Source: Acanthaster planci | Taxonomy: Eukaryota | Reading direction: 5' to 3' | Assembly (NCBI RefSeq): GCF_001949145.1 | Contig: NW_019091362.1 | Coordinates: forward strand, 2,363,838-2,427,837 | DNA: 64,000 nucleotides | Part shown: positions 28,001-40,000 of the stretch, piece after piece | Layout: each line of letters starts with the position of its first letter | Position numbering within the stretch: position 1 is the stretch's first letter | The notes under the pieces: generated by a model | The model's input: the letters and a program-made list of their open reading frames with translations, nothing else | Told to the model about the DNA's origin: nothing | Database searches by the model: none | Program-made: the position numbers and the translations under genes

Positions 28001-31000
28001 GGCACAATGATACATGTAGAGCCTACACGCACCATGCCACTGTGATCTTGGACTGGTCCCCGTCCCTACTGATTTATTCATAAGCCGTGAGACGTCTGGG
28101 CACTATGCAGGGAACGGGTACCTGTGTGATCTCCGTGGTGTGGAGCCGGAGGAAATCAATACCGAATTTTGCGACATCGCAAAGGAAAAACAGGAGGGGA
28201 AATCCTACCAAATGTTCCTTTCAAAGTGATTAAACAGTGAAAGTGAGTTGTCATTCCTAATTTGGGTTCATATTTATTTGATTAACCCTAAGAGTACCGG
28301 GCGTTGTTTGGCTTAGTGTACTCAGTACTACAAAATACTACGTAACACTCTGAGCCTGAAGGACCTAGCACTACAAATTACTATTTCTGGCTAGGTTTAT
28401 TCCATTGTTACTCGTACAGACAACAATGAAACCAGGCATTCATAGTGCCACAGCACTGTGTGGTACATTGTCTTCTCTATTTTATTTTATGGCTTCAGAG
28501 AGTAATAATGTTATGTCCTCTTACAAGCGACAGGGATGAGTACTACATTTCACTACTAAGTGGTACTTTGTAGCATTCGGGACTGTTAGGGTTAATTGTG
28601 CAGAAACGATCAAAAATATTTGTTTTATTCATTTTTTTTTACTGAAAATTGCATTTTCCACTTTCTACCCCCAAATCCGCGATTTTTGTGGATTTTCCAC
28701 AAAGCGGAAAACTCTGGACTTTACCCAAAATACATGTTTGCTTACTGAAATTATTTATGAAAAAATTTGCTCACCACCTCTGCTATCATGAACTGAAATA
28801 ATGGCGAGTCCCCACAAATATGCAAAGAGACACCACATGCCTTTAAAACAGCAACACAAAACTGGAAAATGGACCTTATTTCTTTAACAAGCCATTGCTC
28901 ATCTTCTCCACCAAATCTGTCTTATAAATTGTTAACTGTTGAATAGGATGGTATTAGACTATGTTAGAATTCATGTGAGTTCCAGGCTTCCCTTTCAACT
29001 TTTTTTTCAAACCTAGCATTACATACTTCTAAGGCATATTTTATCAGAAGTATGAAATTATTCATCAGAGCAGACAGGTACTAATTTGACAGGAAATTTC
29101 ATTTTATTCTTTCACTGATGCTTTTAAGTTCCGAATCTGAAGAGTTAACCTCACTTCTAATTTCAGCACGAATTCACATCTGCTACAGGTATTGTTTATT
29201 GGGTACATGATAAGCCTGCGCGCCTGCAAGGTATTAATTGTAGCCTGTACCGTAAGCACCGGTAATTACGGTATTTTCAATGCCAAGGTGATAATATTGA
29301 AAGGCAATATTATTCGTTATTGAGTTAGGCAGAAGGTGGATGTTGCTTCCAGTAAGTGCAACTAATATACAGCTACTGTAATGTGATACAAAATTGAACA
29401 AGCATTTTCCTTTTCTTAATTGACTTTACTAATGATGTCCGTGAGTACTATCACTGCAGGGCCCCTTTGCCACAAACTGTTGAAGCTCAGTCGTGAAAGC
29501 AATACATAGTGCCTTGGGATAGAAGCCTGGGCTTACTGTCACCTTGCTCAAATCATCTGACTAGGGTGAGTCACATGGCAACGTTTTTTTTGCAATACAT
29601 GTATTACGATTCAAAATGAGGTGTGTTGAATTTGTGACCCATACCGATTTGCACAGTATGGTACGGCCAAATTTTTCCCAGCTACCATATAACCTTTTTA
29701 TTTTGCACGTTTTTCTCCCGTTCAGTAGTTTAGACTTATTTCTTTGCAGAATCTTTACACATACATGTAAATGTACTAGTACATGTACATACTGGTACAT
29801 GTAAATGTACATGCTACAGTGCAATAAGCAGGTACAGTGTCCTGTGCCATATGGCACATGTACATGTGCTGCACGGGTATGTTTTTTAAGTCCACGGTAC
29901 ATGTACGGTACCTTACCTTACACACACGTTTAGAATGGGATTTCCAAGGTACATGTTTGAGATCTGTTAACACGGCTGAAGATACTGGGAGTGGGAACAC
30001 ACTGAGCAGCGGCTGAGTAATGTTGTATCCTATGTACAGGTACTGTACTTGAGAAATTTCTCTTGATTCAAATCCACTCAAGACTTTTGCCATTTTGCTT
30101 TTCATTTGAATATTTCAGATAAATCCCAGCATTTCTTGCAAAAAATACAAAGCTTCTTGTCTTTACATGTATACGGCATAATGACTGTCCTGTACTGATG
30201 ATTTACTGTATAAAGTTTAGATTTGGGTTCCGGAGTTAGGAAATTGGCCCTTTATGAAAATCAAAGAAAGACTCCTGCTTTGAAATGCCATATTTGTGAA
30301 CTACATGTACATGTACATTTATAATACATGTACATACATGTACATGTGTATACATGTACATGTCCATCCATGCATGTACTGGCACTGAAGTTATTTGAAG
30401 CTCATATGGTTGATTAATGCAATAATTCGATTTGATGTCATCAGATCAATACAGACCATCTGGTGGAGGTTTATACGTATTTGAGGAATTTTATTTTCAG
30501 CTGCATGTCATTGCAGATCTAAATTATGTAATTAACTTTTGCTCAACAACTCACAGAGAAAAATTGCTACATGAAAGGAGATGACCGGGGCCACAGTTTT
30601 AAATGCCAGCACCCATTTTGTCATCCATTTAACAGACAAAAACTGCTTCTGTTATTTCACAATCTTTAATACCCAGGGAATCACAATCAGGAATTATCCA
30701 ATTTTTTATTTCGCTTCAAGTCCAACAGTAAAGCAAGTTGGATGAACATTTTCTAAAAATAGATAAAGTGGTATACCTGGTTTCACAAATTCAAAATTTT
30801 ACAAAATTGTTAGTATGCAAATGCCCAATCCACTGACAGAAACATATTACAAATGGAGAGTTACCGGTACATGTACATGTACCGGTATGCCGTACTTCAA
30901 GAGGGACTGACCTACATGTACATGTAGCAGTGCATCATCATGTACCGGTACATTTCTGTACATGGATATGTATACTGTACTTGTATGTGTGTACCCCATT

Positions 31001-34000
31001 TTCCAATTTAAGTACATGTATTCACTTTATCACACAGCCTAACCAGAGTGGTGCTGTTTTATTCTTATCAATATACACGCGCAATCAATTCTTTCAAAAT
31101 TAATATCGGTATTTGGATTGGTGAGCAACGCAGGGCCAAATTCCCAACATGTGAATGGGCTTCACTGTCACACGTGCACTGGACTGTCAGGATAGCCATA
31201 TCCAACCATCATCCCCGCGACCTCATGATGACCTCAACACTTGACTCACTCTTCTGATTTGCATAATCCCTGTGTCTCTATGTACAGTACATCATCCACA
31301 CAGGCCATTACTTGGGAGAAATTGCCCAAAATCTTGACTCCTCGTACATGTTGTACATCATAGTTACATGTACATTTAATGTGAATATTTTACCAAGCAG
31401 ATTCTGTGTAACCAGTCTCAAGACATGCACGTACACACTAAAAAAGGAACACAATTATTTTGTTTCATGTAAACATGTTTCACAACTGGCCCAATTTTTA
31501 CCATGAATTTTTTGCTGGATGCCAAATTTGGGGGAAGCAATTTTTTTTTAATCAACGACGCATCTTGTTTCAGTGCAAAGACTAATTGAACTTCAGTTGA
31601 GATACATGTACGATCCTCAGATTGTGTTCTCTAGATTGCAATCCTCAGATTGCAGTAGGATCTTACTTGCAGTTAGCTGCAATGTCAGTCAACGACGTAC
31701 CGGTATATCATTACATGAGAAGGAAAAACGCTGCACTTGTGAACTCGATAACTTGAAAACGACATGTTAATTCTTTAATATAGGCACAGATATTGAGCTC
31801 ATTTTTCTTTGATCTGAAGCTGCACAGGTTTTTGAACGTAAGTGTACACAGGATGTACATGTACATGTACAGTGTACTAGTATGTACATGCACATGTACA
31901 TATGTACATGTACACATTAGTATGCATACTGCACTGGCAGATGTGCAGTTGGATTGACTGGATGTAAATCTTAGCAAAATCATTCACACCACAATCTGAG
32001 AAACCATGAACTTGGTCTTCTTAAATTACATTTCATCACTCCATGCAGGATACATGTACATGCATGCAGTGCATTACATTACAAGTACCTTCATTTATGA
32101 TTAACCTTTCACAGAGCAATGTTTAGCAAATGCCCATTAGTATCGAGCCCGGGGGGGGGGAGTTCTTTGTCAACCAGTCATCCTTACTTGTACCACTGAC
32201 ATTTACACCAAATCACATAAACACCATACAACACTACACTCCTCTCACCTTGACACTTTTCTTATACATTGTGCCTGGTTTTCACTTGTTTACCCATCTG
32301 CCCAAATACAGCTAACTCCTCAAATTTAGCCAGTGTTAGGCACTTTGCTCCAGTTAACAGAATAGCCAGGCGACAAAGGGTGGATTTGTTATGGTAACGG
32401 TACACTGACTTCAGTTGTAATTTGGGAACTGGCTGGCGTGCCATTCAAAACACACTTGAATCAGTACATGTAGACTTGTGCTAAAGATCTGTCTTTGTGT
32501 TCTTCTACATTCAGAGTTTAAATGCCAAAAAATGCCAAGGCACAAAACAGGAGGCACAGATAGATGTACTTGTAATGTACATGTACTGCATATGTACATG
32601 TACATGGGCTGTACATACCATTACATGTCCATGCATCATAATGCCCTCCATGTGCTCTTTCGTGAGCATGAATCTTCCGTGGGGCAACACACCATGAGCA
32701 CACATACTTCATATGTACATGTACTGGTACACTATGTACATGTACATGTACTAGTATGCCTGGAACTAGGAATGTGTGATCTACACAAGTACATGTACAG
32801 TACATGTACCACAACTGTAATTTCACAAATCTGTAGACTGTAGCATTGCATGCCAGTGGCATTTGATGGTTACCGTAGGCCATTTTTCTAAACATGTCAT
32901 CGGTAAGGGAGGACTTGTGTGCAGAGGAGACAAATAACCCAAGGGATGCAACGGTACATGTGTGTGTGACAGCGGGCCATTTCAGTTGGACTTTGTTGAT
33001 TTGAGCAGGTTTTGCAAAAGACAGTGCAAGCGCTTAAGTACACATTTGGCTTCTTTTGGATCCCAGCACTATGATACACGTACCAAACCATGCGAGAAAG
33101 TTGAAGACGGGTTCACACACCAGTACACTGCAAGATCATATTCAATAAAATGCTGGTACTTTCTGTACCTTGGGCCTCACTGATGGTGGTTAAGTCCGTG
33201 GGGCTCATTTATTGAGCATTTATGGTTTACAATGACCACTCCAATTTAGACAAAGTAAACTTCACAGTGCAGCAAACCTCACTATGGTAAAGGTCAATGA
33301 TGTGAACAGCTGAATTGTTCTGAACATCAAAGCACAGTGGTTTTAGAATGACTCTGTATACCTGCTAAGGGTAAACATCCCACCACTTTGAATACACTAG
33401 GCTTTCCAGGAAGAGAGATTGAAGGGTCAATCACCTTGTTTCCAGTAAAACCCTGGATAAATATCCCACTGAGCTGTATTCCTTCCTTCACACAGGAAGT
33501 GGGGAATGCATCGGGTTCAGAGAAAAAAAGCTTGCTGATAGCTTTACCTGAAATTCCACAAGTTTATAACAACTGGCCAAGCAGTTCCAATTAGAAAACA
33601 CTGATTATTTGTTATAGCCCTCTTCAAAGACATCAGATCTGCCGTTATTTATTATTCCAACCTTGCAATAATTTCCCTTGCTCTATGGTACAATGTACCG
33701 TACATGTACGCTCAACATCAGTCCACACCAACATCAATGTATACTGTCACAATTCCCAAAGCTAATTCCAAAATGTACTCCCGACCCTTAGGTTCTTTCC
33801 AAGAATCCATGCACCACTTTGTTCTGGAATTCTCTTCATCCTGTTTTCAAGATCAGCCTATCATACAACATACACTACCAATTTTCACAAGCATTAATAC
33901 ATACATGTACTGCTACCTTCATGGTTTGAGTGAAATGTGAACAACCATCTTTCGCACTGCAAATGAAACACCTTCCTTTTTTCCACATCCACTTTTTCTT

Positions 34001-37000
34001 TCCTTTTCCTTTCCTTGTAACTTGACCCTCGAGAGGCCACTGATGAAAAGGCCTGGTGTAGAGTAAGTTGTTTGAAAACAAGGCTGTGTACAGCACCAAA
34101 AAAGCCGTATTCTGGTACATAGATACATGTACATTACACGATGGACATACATATACATGTATACCGGGTACCAGTACCTTTAGAAACCATTTGGAACAAT
34201 ACATACACTTTTAATTTGTTCAAATCGTTCAAAATGAAACGCGCAAGTTTCCACTCAATCTGTACGGGCAATTTCCAAAGCTATCATACATGTACTTGTA
34301 AACCAAAGACTATCCTACCCCATGCCTAAGCTTTATGCATCCTGTATTTCCGGAATCTCAACTAGCAATACTCATTTGGCAATAGTCCCAAGTGGTTTTC
34401 TCAGATCCTTCAAAGGTCACGGTATCATGTCTCCCAACCTCCAGTTCTGAAATGGCAACAGAACATGCAGGTATTCTTTGCCTCTGCTTTCTGAGAAGCC
34501 TTTTGCGAGTTCAACTTGAAAAAAAATCTGGTACGTTGAATCCAACTGCACATAGCAATTCGAATTCCTCAGACTAGAGACATTGTTGCTACAGGTCGAC
34601 CTCATGATTCGGGGCAAGCTTTTGCATAATGACTGCCATCTCTGGAATATATGGTTCCTTTATGCCCTTCTTATCCATGAAAACAGTGTCTTGGTGCAAA
34701 GCATCTCTAACTATGTCTGTAACTACGCAAATGCTTTAACATGGAGAATTCTACCTGTTATGTTGTGAATTTAAAGAACTTGATGTACCAGATTTCGTTC
34801 AAAACTAACTCCTAATAAGGTTTATTCAACCCTAACTCCTGAAGGTGTGGGGGAAAATAACCATTTCCATAAAACCAAAAGGCATAATTGCTACAAAGTC
34901 AGGAAATGTCAATAAAAAGCTGAAATAGCACCACAGGGATTGGAAGTACAAGTACAGGTACCATACATTGAACACCTCGGGGCTGTGTCCTTGCTCTGTG
35001 ATTAACTGGTCATTCTTTCCAATGCATAGATCCTACATCATGTTAACCTTAGCCTCCTTACATCTTCCAAAATCCTCCACTGATCAGGAACCCAAAGGCA
35101 CATTCTTTCTTAATGGTTTTCACTTCAAAGGGGCACCAAGCCCCATGCAAAAAGTTTAAGTGGTGGTCTTACTACATGTACATTGTATGATTACAAAATC
35201 CTGTAAGATCTTTAATAGCCACTCTTCCAAAAGGGGGGGGGCAGACTACACAGGATATCACTATTGCACCATGTACATGTTCTAAAGATCATCTTTATCA
35301 CTGCTAGTGCTACATAAACAGCTCTGAGGTAATATCCAGATCCCTCCACTACAATGGAGACAACTTGTTGCACAATTGTTGATCTGGACTTTGTGGTCCA
35401 CTGTAAACGGCATTATCTGTTCGGTCATGATGAATTGTGAAATTTCTATTGTTTACGCTGTTTACGGAATAAACGTTTATGGAATAAACAGCGTTATCCT
35501 GTGACTGAGAGGATGACAACCTGGCACAACATATGCCAAGAAACACGGCCACCTCTCTGACTATGCTTGGTTACATCTCCAACATACATGTACATGTAGG
35601 CTAGGGGCTGTCCTAAATTTAAATGCTCGGGTCAATTGAAACAGTACTATGGTCAGCTGAATTCCATGTGATTTTATGCTCCTGAAATGAGACCTCAACC
35701 CATATTGGGCCAGAATGGACCCACATGTAGATGTAGATGGAGCCTGAAATGGACAGAGCTAAGGTTTGTTTTCCTTTTAACAGCTAAAGCTATCGGTGCG
35801 AAAAGTACTTATCCCGCTGTACCTAAAATTCACATGTGCATTTCAATACTGTTCACAAACAAGTACACAACAAAAGTTCTCACTGAAAACTTGATAAAGA
35901 TGTATACCAAGCACTTTACTCCACATGTATGATGAAATAACAATTTGCCAACACTGCACGTGACCTTTAATGCTTAAACCAAGCTCTTGTTCAAACATGG
36001 AACACATATGAGAATGTCATTTCCCCAGGCACTGAACAGGCAAACCCAGAAAGTCTCCTCCCCAATTGCTAAAGGGACCTCCACTCAGAATAACACGAGA
36101 ACTGCATTTCAAATTTTTTTATTTTTCACAAAATTTGTCATATTTTTATGGTAGGCGAGACACAATGATCCAGAAACTGCATGACAATTTCTTAAAATGA
36201 GTGAATAAATAATTGAATACATCGAGAAAAAGCTTCAGGAATTCTCCAACTTCTTGTCTTACTTCCACAGCTACTGGTATGATCACACTGTAATATTAAA
36301 AAAAAAATTCCCACAGAAATGACATCAGGATAATTTTTGGTACCGGTACTAGACCTACCCACAGAACCAACAGCTAAAATTTACCAATATCGGTAGCAGT
36401 ACTGTCCAAGTCTAAGACTTCACACGGTCTAAAAATAAAAATGCCCACATTGCGCAAACATTATCATCAAAGGACTTTTTGACACAATATACCAATACTT
36501 CATCCCCTCTACTGCAACTGCCAAAACGGAGTTGGCATTGACGTCTAATTTGGGGCATTCAACAGTAATTTTTTTCTGGGATTCCCGATCCGGGCACACA
36601 AAAGAAAAAATAACCCCACGCGGGCAATTGTTTGCCAACAAAGGGGCATGCTGCAGCTGCAGCGGTGCATTACGTCAACCGTTTCTGTCACATGTGGTGG
36701 GGTTTCCCTCGAGCCTCTGATGTCCATTGTCAACGGAAAGCGGAGGAGATACGCAATTCCTGAAAAGGACACATGCTACATGTACCACATCTGCGTTACT
36801 TTGGGGACAAAGCCAGCAGTAAGCTTTGGTTTCTATTGGCAGTGGATGCTGTCGGGTTATGTCATGCGTTAAAGTCAGGCCTTTCAGACTTTTCAACATG
36901 CTGAGAACAGCTGCACAATGAACGTGAAACGTGGACTCGTACTTTTAATTTTGCATGATATCAGACAAAGCAGCTTTCATTTTTCTGAAGTATAAATGTT

Positions 37001-40000
37001 GTTTACTGCACACGTACAGTGTACACGTGCATGCTTCTTGAAGTAAACAAGAATACACAAGCAGTCAACAAATGTAAACTTCTGTGCACTGGCATATGAT
37101 ACATTGTTAGAAACTTGTACAAGCTTGGGTGTATGGTATGTACATGTGCATGTACTTTTAATAAACATGCAAATGTGTAAGTACAAATCTTCATGATGTA
37201 GGCCTATACACCACCAGTACACTGTATTGCAAAAAATTTGAAAAGATTGTGCCCTCCCTCCCAAAAAATGACCACATACTGAATTGTCATCAGTGCTAGG
37301 TGTCCATGAACATGCACTCCAATTATTTCCTGTCTGCTACCAATCAATCTGCACGATTTGGGCATGACACTGCACAGTACGGGTATATACATTGTACATG
37401 TATACCAGTACATGTATGCACATAGAGGTAGTTCTGCAGATTGGGAGGCATCCCAACACTGTGTTTTCACTGCTGTGCCCATGTAAAGATAAACAAAATA
37501 TGGCAGTAGCCTACCTCAAAGTAGGTCATGATTCATGAGATACAATACTCCAGTAAATAAATCTTAAAATTGTCTGCGCATTGAACAGCAACTGGGACTA
37601 CTGGTAATACTATGCACATACATTAAACACTATAAATACATGTACATGTACCAGTAATCTAATACCGCAGTACAATATCATTCAGATCCACATTGTTGAT
37701 AATAAAAGTCAAGTCAGTGGAAACAACAACTTCTGTATCTAATGTGTTTTGTATAATTTACATATACTTGTATCTTTAGAGTTTAAAATAATATTCTTCA
37801 GGAACTTGTGCTGTTTAGTACCAAATACTTCAAGTTAAAAGGTTATTGTACATGTCCCTTGATGTACACGTCTGTTTGTCAACATTGTGTGTGTGGCTGT
37901 GACTGCCTTATGACGGAACAATGGCTACATTTGTACAAATGGCTCAATATGAACCTGTTAAATTAATGCCATGCAGATATACAAGTACTCATGAACTAAC
38001 GGTTTCATACATTTAGACTGTACATGTATATGTACCATACCAGTAACATGTAACTAGAAATCTTCAGCACAATGGAGTAGCATACGCATGGAAAGATACA
38101 TGTAGGTCAATCACCTGTCTTCATGTACATGCGTAATTTGTCACCTGCAGTGATGTTAATTGTCTTTGATGGGAATTAATCAGGGTTTGATACAGTCACA
38201 TTTGCACTGGTCAATATTTTCTTTGGGCCAAACTGACCTTCACTTTCAGGGTATAATATTGCCATAATTAAGTGAAGCTTTATGGGCCTCTATGAGAGGA
38301 ATTCATTGCAATTACTGCCACGCAAATACCAATGCCAACTGCCAATTTCAAGCGGTAGTTACTGGTGATTTGAAATTTGGGGTTTCAGAGGCAAAGATTT
38401 AGAAAGCAGTTTGTGGCTGTTATATGGGCATACTTTACAATAACAGAAAATGTACAAATTAATGCACACTGCATGAACAAGCACAAAATACATGTATGCA
38501 CAAATGGATTTGAGATTAGAAGGGTAGCCATTTTATAACGTCTTGACTTCAACAGTTCAACAACAGTTCACATAATTTTAGATCCTCAATTTCTTGGAAT
38601 ATGACTTTATTAGCCAAAAAAGGCTTTTTAAAAGCAAACTGTGGAATTGCCAAATGCCCACCCAATGAGGTACAGGAGTTCATTCCACTTCTCGGTCAAC
38701 TGTGTTAGGCGGACACAAGTCAGTCTGTCCGGGTCAAGCCCCCCCTTGGGCCAAGTATATATCTGTACGAATTCTCTCTTCTTGCGTACACAGCCCTCAA
38801 CCCTCCAGCACAAACAACATTGGCCCAATGCAGCCAGCCAGTCTGGCGACTGACGACTCCACATACTGCATTATTGAATCAAACAGCACGTATTCCCCTC
38901 CTTTTTTTTTCTTGTGGGAGGGGGGAGGGTAGAAGGAGAAAAAGGGAGGTAGGGGAGTAACCAAGGCAGCGATTCTCCCATCACTTAGCCAGAGTGAATT
39001 CCTGAGAGATTAGTAGTACTCTGGAAGAGTCCGCAGAGGCTGCCATCGTGACGAGCTTGATTTCGCCCGGGTGATAAGGCTGGTTGGGGTGTTGTTTTTC
39101 CTGCGACTGGGAAATGGACAGCACTGTGTCCATGGAGCCAAGCTCCTGTTATCTTTTTCAGTAATTGCATTAGAGATCAAGAAGTCAGAGCAAGTTTTTG
39201 GAGCCTCTTCAAAAAGCACAACAACCGTTGTTGAGATTGAAAAAAAGTAAAACAACGAAGAAGCAACTCACTCGAGTGGATTCATTCATGAAGTTTTCCA
39301 ATTATTTCCATTCAATCAACAGCTTTATTCTGTGTGCCGATAACTGTTTACTCCATTCAAGAATTTGGTGTCGGACGAATAGTGAGCATAATCTTCACAA
39401 AACTAACACTGAGCACAAAGAAACACATTAAGGAAGTACAGTACACGTACATTGTGCCCCTATGTACTGTAATGGAAAATAAGCTCAGATTCAGCCTGAG
39501 TCATCTGCTGGAAATCTTGGATATTTTTCCTGTCCACATCTTTTTTCTTGATTGTCATGTATGTAAACAATAAAATAAACAAACCGCAGTCTATCTAGTA
39601 CACTATACCGGTACATGTGGGTATGGTAATATTACATGTACATGTAATACCCCTGTACGTACATGATAATACTGTACACACACATCTACTTCTGCAGGTA
39701 AAGCACATCCTTGTCAACGTTAACGCGTGACCTCAAACACTAAATTCATGCATCATCCTGTGAGTATTAAAATTAGCCTGAATATACACAGCGAGTACTC
39801 ACACTGTTCATTAAGCAGAAATATTGTGAGTCAGCCAGAGAGGGGTTTTGGGCTTTTCCACCAGAGGATAAAACCCGTATGGAGAACATTGTCAATTTCT
39901 AGTTTGAATTGTGTGTCCCAACAGAATTTTTTTAAAAGAAAAAAAACAGATTTACTTGTACATGTATGGTAGCATTGGGCAAGTTAAACTCCCAAGGGTG

